Part shown: positions 7,820 through 15,759 of the stretch, piece after piece
Layout: every line of letters begins with the position of its first letter
Position numbering within the stretch: the stretch's first letter is position 1
IMG/VR virus record: IMGVR_UViG_3300044216_004865
Location: 1-36,020 of that record
Source: a virus
Lineage: Duplodnaviria > Caudoviricetes
Strand: one strand, 5' to 3'
Length of the DNA stretch: 36,020 bases
Program-made: the position numbers and the translations under genes
Notes under the pieces: generated by a model
The model's input: the letters and a program-made list of their open reading frames with translations, nothing else
Told to the model about the DNA's origin: nothing
The model's database searches: none

Positions 7820-8667
7820 GCAGAAGAAGTATTGATACCCACTTTTGGAATGACAGTTATACCGGTGAATTACACCCTGATTTTAAGCTTTTATTCCTCT
7901 ACCTGATCACCAGTCCGCTTAGCAATATGTTGGGTTGTTATGAGATTCAATTCAGAAGGATTGCGTTCGATACCGGGCTGTCAAATGAAAGGTTACGGGA
8001 AGGTTTCGAAAGGTTTAGGGAAGATAAAAAAGCGGATTATGTAGATGGATATGTGATTCTATGCAATTTTGTGACCAATCAAAGTTACAACAGCAATATG
8101 TTGAAGAGCGCGGTTGATGAAATTGACGGATTGCCCGATACGGTGCTTTCAAGCCTGTTTTTTAAAAGGTTGATGGAAGGTTTAAGGAAGGTTAATCAAA
8201 GGTTTGATAAAGGGAGGTTAACCCTTCCTAATATAGAAGTAGAATATGAAGTAGAATTAGAAGAAGAAAGTGAAGGTGAATCAGAAACGGGCGCACCTCC
8301 GCGCGATGAAGAACCTTCTCCGATCATGGCAAAAAGAAATAAAGACCAAAAGACGAGTCTTGACCCTGATGCCGATATACCTGAGAAAGAAATATGGGAT
8401 GAGTATCTACTCGCTAAATTGAGGTACTCAAAAGAATTTGTAGAACATCTCTGGGATCATCTGCAAGTGAAGGGATGGAGTGTTGGAAGCCCGCCCGAAC
8501 CGATCAAGGACTGGCGAGCCTATGCCCGTAAGCAGAAGCAATGGGCTTACGAGTACAACCAAAAGCAGAAAAAATTAGAATCAAACACACGAAAAAATGG
8601 AAAAGGAAAGCTCCCTGATGCAAAACGAATCTCAGATGATGTCGATGAACTCTTCCAAAATGGTTGA
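7816..8667 (+). CDS. Phage replication initiator / replisome organiser
   Basis: FW.D...KLLFLYLIT...G.YEI...IAFDTG N-terminal HTH, acidic linker and KDWRA C-terminal motif; contains internal iterons. Confidence 0.85.
   Translation: MSRRSIDTHFWNDSYTGELHPDFKLLFLYLITSPLSNMLGCYEIQFRRIAFDTGLSNERLREGFERFREDKKADYVDGYVILCNFVTNQSYNSNMLKSAVDEIDGLPDTVLSSLFFKRLMEGLRKVNQRFDKGRLTLPNIEVEYEVELEEESEGESETGAPPRDEEPSPIMAKRNKDQKTSLDPDADIPEKEIWDEYLLAKLRYSKEFVEHLWDHLQVKGWSVGSPPEPIKDWRAYARKQKQWAYEYNQKQKKLESNTRKNGKGKLPDAKRISDDVDELFQNG
7989..8280. repeat. Candidate replication origin (AAGGTT iterons)
   Basis: AAGGTT at 7989, 8000, 8010 and at 8166, 8177, 8188, 8199 (11 bp period); inverted AACCCTT at 8220; then a purine-rich tract. 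Confidence 0.65.
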
Positions 8668-9133
8668 TCTTGAATTACCGGTAGAAACGGACGAAGGCAT
8701 AAAAACAGTCACTTTACGGGTTGACAACTCCGTACCGGCGCATAAAAACAAGGAATTCTTTACAGGCTTTTGCTACATGATGGCTACGGCCAACAAAAAA
8801 GAAAGCCTGGATAAGATGGAAATGTGGATACTTCGACAGGCGTGCAAGAACCACAACATCTATCCGAATGAATTATATCATGCCTACTGGGAAGCGATTG
8901 GGGATGAGTTTGTGAGTAAGGAAGGCATTGAGTTTAAGAACCTGTTTAAGTACGTGAAGAAACACCGGGCTAATACCTACAAAGTTCCTCCGGAGCCAGA
9001 AACCATGCAGGAATACCAGGAACGTATTGTATCGGGAGGTGCTGAGAATATTCGAAAGTTGAAAGAAAGAGGCCCGAAGTCACTTGGTAGTCTGATGCCT
9101 GAATATCGAAAGAATAACGACTCACGGTTTTAA
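8660..9133 (+). CDS. Hypothetical replication-associated protein
   Basis: Follows the initiator; the ATG at 8660 gives the usual short overlap, unlike the track start at 8597. Confidence 0.65.
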   Translation: MVDLELPVETDEGIKTVTLRVDNSVPAHKNKEFFTGFCYMMATANKKESLDKMEMWILRQACKNHNIYPNELYHAYWEAIGDEFVSKEGIEFKNLFKYVKKHRANTYKVPPEPETMQEYQERIVSGGAENIRKLKERGPKSLGSLMPEYRKNNDSRF

Positions 9134-9134
9134 A

Positions 9135-9323
9135 ATGAATATTGAACTTGAATATCAGGCCGAAACACTGGAAAAGGCTAAAAAGTATTTAGATAACCGG
9201 ATATTAGATGTTCGGTATGAGAACAAAGTTATCGCTTTAAATGAGTGGTACAAAACCATTCAAGCAACAGCTTCCAGTTTATATGATCTGGATCCACGCC
9301 AAGAAAGCAAAGTTAAGGCTTAA
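9135..9323 (+). CDS. Hypothetical protein
   Basis: 62 aa ORF abutting the upstream stop. Confidence 0.6.
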   Translation: MNIELEYQAETLEKAKKYLDNRILDVRYENKVIALNEWYKTIQATASSLYDLDPRQESKVKA

Positions 9324-9333
9324 TAAAAACCCA

Positions 9334-9366
9334 ACCACTGCTCTTCGGGGTGGTGGTATTAATTTT
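9334..9366 (+). terminator. cUUCGg hairpin, possibly a weak terminator or processing site
   Basis: ACCACTGCTC-TTCG-GGGTGGTGGT followed by ATTAATTTT. Confidence 0.5.
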
Positions 9367-9738
9367 ATGATGATGAAAACCTTTATAAGTGAACTTGGAG
9401 TAACGATTACTGGAAGGACAAGAGCGGGTGAAGAGTTTGTAGAAAACTTTGCCAAAGATGAAGCGATATGTAGGGAGAGAGAACGAAAATGGATATCCTT
9501 TCTTAGAGATATAGGCATAAAAGGAGCGCTAAGAAATGATGGCTGGGTGAAAAGAGAACAGAAGTATTTTAGATGGGCTTCCTATGCTTTTTTCGATGAT
9601 GGTGTTAAGGAAGGTGATGGAGATTGGTATTGTCCTAACTGCAAGGCTTACATAGTAGATGAAAGGGTGACTTATGAAGAGACGTGTGATATGTGTGGCG
9701 CACCCTGCCAATGGCACGGTTCACCTTACAATGATTAG
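9367..9738 (+). CDS. Hypothetical protein with a C-terminal zinc ribbon (possibly chimeric)
   Basis: ATG run after the hairpin; CPNC...CDMC near the C-terminus. Confidence 0.6.
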   Translation: MMMKTFISELGVTITGRTRAGEEFVENFAKDEAICRERERKWISFLRDIGIKGALRNDGWVKREQKYFRWASYAFFDDGVKEGDGDWYCPNCKAYIVDERVTYEETCDMCGAPCQWHGSPYND

Positions 9739-9741
9739 TAC

Positions 9742-9819
9742 CACTAACGGGCGGGGATTAACCGGAGCTTATGATGTACTACATGGCAATTAAGGTTCCG
9801 GTTGAATCCATTGTTGCGC
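9742..9819 (-). other. attC site (78 bp) of the gene-less cassette 9748-9889
   Basis: Minus strand: GCGCAAC-AATGG-ATTCAACCGGAACCTTA...TAAGCTCCGGTTAAT-CCCCGCCC-GTTAGTG; the L'' box carries an extra C. Confidence 0.8.
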
Positions 9820-9883
9820 GGTCGCTTGCGACCAACAGGGAAGTAATCCCCGCCCGTTGCGCCGAAGGGAGCGAAGCGATCCG

Positions 9884-10007
9884 GCGCAACGGTGAAAGCT
9901 TAAACGGCGCTGAGATTAGGAATATTAATTAAAATTTAAACTAAAACATAAATCACGATAGTGATTGCCGGACGCGAACAGCGTCCGCTTTGAAGCTATT
10001 GTTATAC
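9884..10007 (-). other. attC site (124 bp) of cassette 9890-10228
   Basis: Minus strand: GTATAAC-AATAG-CTTCAAAGCGGACGCTG...CAGCGCCGTTTAAG-CTTTCACC-GTTGCGC. Confidence 0.85.
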
Positions 10008-10021
10008 AACCGGAGTTGATT

Positions 10022-10228
10022 ATGAGTAAGAAGTTATTTGAGTTTACAGCACATGTTAGATGCGCGGCTGTGGTTGCCGCTGATACCGAAGAAGAAGCCC
10101 GAAAAGCAATTGAGACTTGGGAAAGGGCTTGGTTTGAAACTGGCGACGTTGTTGGTGTTGTGGATGTCGATTTGTTTGACGTTAGGGAATCTGAGGATGC
10201 AGAGGAGGAAGCGCATGAGGTTGTATAA
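10022..10228 (+). CDS. Cassette gene: small acidic hypothetical protein (68 aa)
   Basis: GGAG at 10012 and ATG at 10022; V.A.TEEEA motif; the TAA stop lies inside the core GTATAAC. Confidence 0.75.
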   Translation: MSKKLFEFTAHVRCAAVVAADTEEEARKAIETWERAWFETGDVVGVVDVDLFDVRESEDAEEEAHEVV

Positions 10229-10345
10229 CGGTGGAGGCTTAACCGCGCGCTGAAATTATGAACTAACCAAAAGATAGAATTATGAAAGACAGTCAGAAAA
10301 GTACCAAGGACGCGACAGCGTCCGATGTTGAAGCCATTGTTATGC
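10223..10345 (-). other. attC site (123 bp) of cassette 10229-10545
   Basis: Minus strand: GCATAAC-AATGG-CTTCAACATCGGACGCTG...CAGCGCGCGGTTAAG-CCTCCACC-GTTATAC. Confidence 0.85.
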
Positions 10346-10545
10346 CCCCGGCGGATAGGCAACTGGAGTATATGCTTGAAACATACCGCAATGTTGCTAA
10401 AAGGATGACCAAGGCAAAAAGAAAATGCAGAGGTGTTAGATTAACATTTGAGGAGATTCACATTTTAGATGTTTTTAGGGACATCACAACTTTTGCCGAT
10501 GCTACTGATGAAGATATACAGGACATCGTAAAAGAGGGGGCATAA
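10282..10545 (+). CDS. Cassette gene, hypothetical; the start codon lies inside its own attC
   Basis: ATG at 10282 in the AT-rich attC loop (alternatives at 10342 and 10372); the TAA stop lies inside GCATAAC. Confidence 0.7.
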   Translation: MKDSQKSTKDATASDVEAIVMPPADRQLEYMLETYRNVAKRMTKAKRKCRGVRLTFEEIHILDVFRDITTFADATDEDIQDIVKEGA

Positions 10546-10571
10546 CATATACTTATACCGATCGGGATAAG
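10540..10571 (-). other. Candidate attI site
   Basis: Minus strand GTATAAG-TATAT-G|TTATGC (L box, 5 bp spacer, R box); no attC second arm; lies directly upstream of intI and faces away from it. Confidence 0.65.
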
Positions 10572-10602
10572 AACATGAAATATTAATTAAATGGAGAGTA
10601 GT

Positions 10603-11553
10603 ATGAATAAACGAAAATCAGTTGAGGCCGTTAGAAAGGAGATCAGGAGAAGGAATTACGCCTCTCGAACAGAAAAAAGCTATATCCACTGGATAACAGA
10701 TTTCTTTGGGTATCATTCTGAGAACTCTATGGAAGATATCGGGAAGGATGAAGTGGTGGACTATCTGAATTACCTGGCAGAGGAACGGGCGGTATCAGGT
10801 TCAACGCATAATCAGGCCTTGTGTGCGGTTAAGTTCTTGTTTGATACACTGGATAAGGACATGAGTGGGTTGAATGGATTGAAGCAGGCGAAGGAGTCTA
10901 ATCACCTTCCAACGGTATTATCTCCAAAAGAAGTGCGGGGTATTCTGAGCCGGATGAGCGGTATGCCGAAGTTGATTGCGTTTTTGCAGTTTGGTTCTGG
11001 GATGCGCATATCGGAGGTGGTAAGATTGCGGATCAATGATGTAGATTTTGATAATGTACAGATCTATGTGCGGAATGCGAAGGGATTGAAGGATCGTACT
11101 ACTTTGCTTCCTGATATGCTTAAAAAGGCGCTGACTAATCAGGTGATCAGAGCTACTAAGCGGAATCAAAAAGATAAGACAAGGGGGTTTGGTGAGGCAC
11201 CAATGCCGAAAGCACTGGCTAATAAATATCCGTCCGCATCCAAAGAAACGGGGTGGCAGTATCTGTTTCCGTCTTCTCAGATCAGTAAAGGTAAACGATA
11301 CCACATTTCACCCAGCACCGTCCAGAAAGACCTAAAGCGTGCGGTGAGACTGTCGGGCATCAATAAGAAGGTAGGTACCCACACACTCCGGCATTCGTTT
11401 GCTACACAGATGTTGAAGTCTGGGGTTGATATCCGGACGGTACAGGAACTGCTTGGCCATAAAAATATCAGGACTACCGAGCGGTACACACATGTAATCG
11501 GAAAGGAACAAACCGAAAGCCCTATCGCCCAATTAATGCATGAGGCAACCTGA
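10603..11553 (+). CDS. intI: Integron integrase (tyrosine recombinase)
   Basis: N-domain YASRTEKSYIHWI and STHNQALCA; GMRISE, KGLKDR; integron-specific insertion MPKALANKYPSASKETGWQYLFPS; HTLRHSFAT, LLGH and TERYTH; GGAGAG SD before ATG 10603 (alternative start 10591). Confidence 0.92.
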   Translation: MNKRKSVEAVRKEIRRRNYASRTEKSYIHWITDFFGYHSENSMEDIGKDEVVDYLNYLAEERAVSGSTHNQALCAVKFLFDTLDKDMSGLNGLKQAKESNHLPTVLSPKEVRGILSRMSGMPKLIAFLQFGSGMRISEVVRLRINDVDFDNVQIYVRNAKGLKDRTTLLPDMLKKALTNQVIRATKRNQKDKTRGFGEAPMPKALANKYPSASKETGWQYLFPSSQISKGKRYHISPSTVQKDLKRAVRLSGINKKVGTHTLRHSFATQMLKSGVDIRTVQELLGHKNIRTTERYTHVIGKEQTESPIAQLMHEAT

Positions 11554-11605
11554 GACTATTACAACCAAAAGAGCAATTTTTTTACAACCAATCAAACACA
11601 GACCA

Positions 11606-13240
11606 ATGAGTGACCGACCAATTATACTTTTTATAGACCTTTTCTGCGGAGCGGGAGGCGTAACAACCGGCGCGGTAAAAGCACGAATGGGGAAATATCA
11701 GCCCGTGAAAGTGATAGCCTGCGTGAACCACGATCCTTTAGCCATTGAAAGCCATGAATACAATCATCCGGACGCGCTTCATTTCTCTGAGGATATACGA
11801 AAACTTGATACAGGTCCGATTTCCAGGTTAGTGGAGTTCTACCGGGAGAAATACCCCAACGCTGTGGTTATACTCTGGGCATCGATGGAGTGTACCAATT
11901 ACAGCAAAGCCAAGGGCGGAATGCCAAGGGATGCAGACAGCCGGTCACTACCTGATGAAATGGATCGGTACGTTGAAGCTATTCAGCCCGATTACTTTCA
12001 ATGGGAGAATGTAGAGGAGTTTATGAGCTGGGGCCCGCTGGATGATAAGGGTAAACCGGTATCACGAAAGAACGGAAGAGAATGGCTGGCTTGGCAGAAA
12101 CGAATAAAGGCTATGGGGTATCGCCACGAGTGGAGGATGCTTAATTCAGCGGACTACGGAGCTCATACCAAGCGAAATCGTTTGTTTGGGGTATTTGCAA
12201 AGGGTGACCTTCCTATCGTATGGCCGGAACCTACTCATGGAGAGAATCCGGATGTTGATAATATGTTCGGGAACTTAAAGCCATGGAACCCAGTCCGGGA
12301 ATGCCTTGATTTTGAAGATGAAGGGCAGAGCATATTTAAGCGCGATAAACCCTATGTAGAAAACACGCATAAACGATTTTTAGCCGGATTGAAAAAGTAC
12401 TACCTGAACGGAGATGGCTTTTTGTGCAAATACTACGGCAATGGTGATAATGTGGACTCACTCGATGAACCTTGCGCGGTGATACCAACTACCGACCGCT
12501 TCAATTTTGTGCAGACGGCGTTTCTTGATAAAGGATTTTCAGGAGTCCATAATCATCAGTCGATAGAAGAACCCGCTGGCACACTTATGGCTAAAGATCA
12601 CTACTCCGTGGTGAAGGTGAATAAGGCGGTGTGGCTGGATAAGCAGTACAAGGGTGAATTGAATCACGAAAGTGTGAACGGGGCAGCAGGATCTATACTT
12701 GGAAACCCGAAACATCAACTCATGCAGGCGTTTATCACCGATACCAGTTTTAATAATGTGGGCAGCTCAATTGAAGATCCGTTTCCAACGATACTCGCAA
12801 ATCGAAAGTGGCACTACCTAAGCTCGGTTCATAAAGTAAAAGGCGGATGGATTCTAAACCCGCAGTATAGTTCAAAAGGCGGAAGTATCGACGAACCATG
12901 TTTCACGCTGATTGCCCGGATGGACAAAGCCCCGCCACAGCTCGTACAATATGAAATCGGAGTTCCTCACTTGAAGATTACCGAGAAAGACGATCCGACC
13001 ATGAAGGAAATAAAGCGGTTCTGCATGGAGCACGGGATCGTGGACATTAAGTCGCGGATGCTCAGGGTTCACGAGTTGAAGAAAATTCAGGGCTTCCCGG
13101 ATGATTACTACTTAGCGGGGAATCAGACTGATCAGAAGAAATTCATCGGCAATTCAGTGGTGCCACAGGTAGTGAAGGCATGGATGGAAGCAATCGCGTA
13201 CAAACTACAAGATCAGATCAACGAACGGGTAGCTGCATAA
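11606..13240 (+). CDS. C5 cytosine DNA methyltransferase with a repeated variable region
   Basis: Motifs DLFCGAGG, SMECTNYSKA, WENVEEF, RNRLF, QGFP and IGNSV. Confidence 0.92.
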   Translation: MSDRPIILFIDLFCGAGGVTTGAVKARMGKYQPVKVIACVNHDPLAIESHEYNHPDALHFSEDIRKLDTGPISRLVEFYREKYPNAVVILWASMECTNYSKAKGGMPRDADSRSLPDEMDRYVEAIQPDYFQWENVEEFMSWGPLDDKGKPVSRKNGREWLAWQKRIKAMGYRHEWRMLNSADYGAHTKRNRLFGVFAKGDLPIVWPEPTHGENPDVDNMFGNLKPWNPVRECLDFEDEGQSIFKRDKPYVENTHKRFLAGLKKYYLNGDGFLCKYYGNGDNVDSLDEPCAVIPTTDRFNFVQTAFLDKGFSGVHNHQSIEEPAGTLMAKDHYSVVKVNKAVWLDKQYKGELNHESVNGAAGSILGNPKHQLMQAFITDTSFNNVGSSIEDPFPTILANRKWHYLSSVHKVKGGWILNPQYSSKGGSIDEPCFTLIARMDKAPPQLVQYEIGVPHLKITEKDDPTMKEIKRFCMEHGIVDIKSRMLRVHELKKIQGFPDDYYLAGNQTDQKKFIGNSVVPQVVKAWMEAIAYKLQDQINERVAA

Positions 13241-13289
13241 CCGCCCTTACTAGACAATTCCATCGAGAAAACACCCGATAAAACCCGCC

Positions 13290-13321
13290 TTTGTATTCCA
13301 TATAGGAAATAATTAGCTTTA
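13290..13321 (+). promoter_or_regulatory. Bacteroidota-type promoter with a TTCC-N5-GGAA palindrome in its spacer
   Basis: TTTG (13290), 20 nt spacer, TAGCTTTA (13314); TTCCATATAGGAAAT at 13296-13310. Confidence 0.55.
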
Positions 13322-13352
13322 TATATGCCTTATTAATTCAAAATAGGTAAAT

Positions 13353-13967
13353 ATGAAGATACCGATCCCACCCAGTGAGCTTACAGAGAAGCACTACAGC
13401 CAGTTTATACCCGAACCGGATATGCCGGACTTCATGATGGAAACATTTGTCGATGGATCAGGAGAGCTTTTTAATCCGGATCACTCCCACTTATTGGACG
13501 CTACATTCGGTGTGCTATGGACGAACGTGGAGAATATTACGAAGGGCAGAAGGATACTGGCCACAGTTCAGGAGGCAGAACCCAATGGCAGGCCATGGAG
13601 TAAAGGATTGAAAGAAGTACAGCTTCAAGAGTGGTTTACAGACATTCCGACTTTCCTCATCATCATTGACGGGGTAAAGTGGATGGAGTTCTCTAACCTT
13701 CAACGGTGTGCCATTCTCGAGCATGAACTATACCACTGCGCTCAGAAGAAAGACAAGTACGGTATTCCAAAGTTCCATTTTGAAACAGGTCTTCCGCTTT
13801 ACACAACAGTTGGTCATGATGTTGAAGAGTTCATCGGTGTGGTGAAGCGATACGGTGCTCACAGTGAGGGATTGAAGGAGATGGAGAAGGCACTAAACAG
13901 TAAGCCTGAGGTATCCATCGATAGCATAGAAGGCGTGTGCGGTAACTGCATGAAGAAGGTGGCGTGA
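13353..13967 (+). CDS. Phage putative metallopeptidase
   Basis: HELYH motif and HDVEEF.GVV.RYG; located before terS. Confidence 0.85.
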   Translation: MKIPIPPSELTEKHYSQFIPEPDMPDFMMETFVDGSGELFNPDHSHLLDATFGVLWTNVENITKGRRILATVQEAEPNGRPWSKGLKEVQLQEWFTDIPTFLIIIDGVKWMEFSNLQRCAILEHELYHCAQKKDKYGIPKFHFETGLPLYTTVGHDVEEFIGVVKRYGAHSEGLKEMEKALNSKPEVSIDSIEGVCGNCMKKVA

Positions 13968-13997
13968 ATTTAAACGAGTTTAAACAAATCATGAAAA

Positions 13998-14444
13998 ATG
14001 GCCACTCTATCAAATAAACATAAAACATTTATAGTCATACGCTTGGCGTGCTATGATAGTCCGACAGAAGTGGTTGAAGCGTTTAAAGAAGAGTTTGGGG
14101 TAGAGACAGATCGCGTGCAGGTTTCCTACTATAATCCATTATCTGCATTTGGAAAAGAAAAGCTGGCTCAAAAATGGAAGGATTTATTTAACGAAACCCG
14201 CGAACGCTTCAAGGAAGAAATTCAGGGTATCCCTATTGCAAATCAGGCTTATCGACTAAAAAAGCTTCAGAAAAACATGGAGCAGCTTGAAAGAATGAAA
14301 AATTACAAGGGTGCGAACGACACTATTGAACAAGCTGCAAAAGAAGTTGGCGGCGCCTATACAAACAAACTCGAGCATACTGGTAAAGATGGTGGCCCAA
14401 TTCAGGTGAGTGAGGTTGAAATCGTAAAGAATAAGAATGGTTGA
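13998..14444 (+). CDS. terS: Terminase small subunit (DUF2280-like)
   Basis: MATL...K.FIV.RLACYDSP, IPIANQAYRL, EQAAKEVGG and EHTGKDGGPI. Confidence 0.85.
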   Translation: MATLSNKHKTFIVIRLACYDSPTEVVEAFKEEFGVETDRVQVSYYNPLSAFGKEKLAQKWKDLFNETRERFKEEIQGIPIANQAYRLKKLQKNMEQLERMKNYKGANDTIEQAAKEVGGAYTNKLEHTGKDGGPIQVSEVEIVKNKNG

Positions 14445-15747
14445 TACGCTTCAAATATCAGATATCGCCTATGTGAATGAGGATGGAAAGCTCAGGGTAG
14501 AGTTTCACCCCGGTCAGACTAAGGCTTGGGAAAGTGATGCGCGATTCGTTTGCGTCCTTGCAGGGACTCAGGGAGGGAAGACAAGTTTCGGTCCTTATTG
14601 GTTATGGAGGGAAATTAAACTAAAGGGACCTGGTGATTATTTAGTGGTAACCCCCACCTTCACGCTACTTGAAAAGAAAGCACTACCTGAATTTTTAAAG
14701 TTATTTGAAGAGCGACTAAACCTTGGTTCTTATGTAGGTGGGTCAAAAAAAACGTTTACCATAAGCGACCAGGGGGAAAAGAGGTTGTTTGGGGAAGTTC
14801 AGGAGACTAAAACAAAGATATTCTTTGGACACGCCCAAGATCCGGAATCACTGGAATCTGCGACTGCAAAAGCAGCATGGTTAGATGAGGTTGGGCAGAA
14901 GAAGTTCAAATTGAGCTCATGGCAGGCTATACAGAGAAGGCTCTCTATCTTTCAAGGGAGGGCGCTGTTTACCACCACACCGTATAATCTTGGCTGGTTG
15001 AAATTAGAGATTTGGGATAAAAGAAATACTGATCCAGCTATTGAAGTTATAAGATTTGAAAGCAAGGACAATCCCATATTCCCGATTGAGGAGTGGTACC
15101 GAATGAAAGAATCACTACCTGCATGGAAGTTTAACCTGTTCTATCGTGCAATCTTTACAAAGCCAGCTGGACTTATTTATGATTGTTTTGATGAGGACCA
15201 ATACAAGATACCGAGATTTCCTATACCGAATGACTGGCCCAGATACTGGGGGCTTGACTTTGGTGGTGTTAATACGGTTTGTATTAAGTATGCAAGGGAG
15301 CCTGAGACTGAAAACTATTATGCCTATCAGGAATATAAAGCAGGCGGAAAAACAGCAAAAGAGCATTCCCAATACCTAAAGAAAAATGATAAGATGCCTC
15401 ACGAAATACGGGGTGGCGCTCCAAGTGAGACTCAATGGAGGAATGAATTTCAATCAGGTGGGCTGCCAATTAAGAGACCCAAAGTAAAAGAAGTAGAAGT
15501 TGGCATTGATCGGGTTTATGGTGCTCACAAGCGGGGAATGATATATGTGTTTGATGATCTTGAAATGTATCTGGAAGAGAAGTTAACATATTCCCGAGAG
15601 CTCGATGATAATGATGAACCAACAGAACAGATTGAAGACAAGAACAAATTTCACTTTATGGATGCCGAGCGATACATAATCGGCAGTATAGTAAGCGACA
15701 AAAAAACACCACGCAAAAACCGGTCCTACTCCTACGGATCAACCTAA
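14437..15747 (+). CDS. terL: Terminase large subunit
   Basis: Walker A AGTQGGKT, Walker B AWLDE, TTTP, and nuclease motifs GLDFG and HFMDAERY. Confidence 0.92.
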   Translation: MVDTLQISDIAYVNEDGKLRVEFHPGQTKAWESDARFVCVLAGTQGGKTSFGPYWLWREIKLKGPGDYLVVTPTFTLLEKKALPEFLKLFEERLNLGSYVGGSKKTFTISDQGEKRLFGEVQETKTKIFFGHAQDPESLESATAKAAWLDEVGQKKFKLSSWQAIQRRLSIFQGRALFTTTPYNLGWLKLEIWDKRNTDPAIEVIRFESKDNPIFPIEEWYRMKESLPAWKFNLFYRAIFTKPAGLIYDCFDEDQYKIPRFPIPNDWPRYWGLDFGGVNTVCIKYAREPETENYYAYQEYKAGGKTAKEHSQYLKKNDKMPHEIRGGAPSETQWRNEFQSGGLPIKRPKVKEVEVGIDRVYGAHKRGMIYVFDDLEMYLEEKLTYSRELDDNDEPTEQIEDKNKFHFMDAERYIIGSIVSDKKTPRKNRSYSYGST

Positions 15748-15759
15748 ACCACGAATATT

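Larger units (their letters stand above)
9742..11553. mobile_element. Phage-borne integron: intI, candidate attI and three cassettes
   Basis: IntI-type integrase plus three attC sites; each cassette end is complementary to its own R'' box. Confidence 0.85.

Noticed and set aside
9742-10546. CRISPR array or REP elements
   Set aside because: The repeats are imperfect long hairpins with R/L boxes separated by ORFs; there are no identical direct repeats and no cas genes.
9921-10591. AATATTAATTAAA shared between an attC loop and the intI leader
   Set aside because: It is a low-complexity AT-only match that may be chance.
10546-10602. LexA box upstream of intI
   Set aside because: No CTGT-N8-ACAG or GAAC-N4-GTTC is present; the local palindrome is better explained as part of attI.
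10591-11553. Ordinary prophage integrase or XerC/D
   Set aside because: It carries the integron-specific insertion, sits next to attC sites, and lies mid-genome rather than at a prophage boundary.
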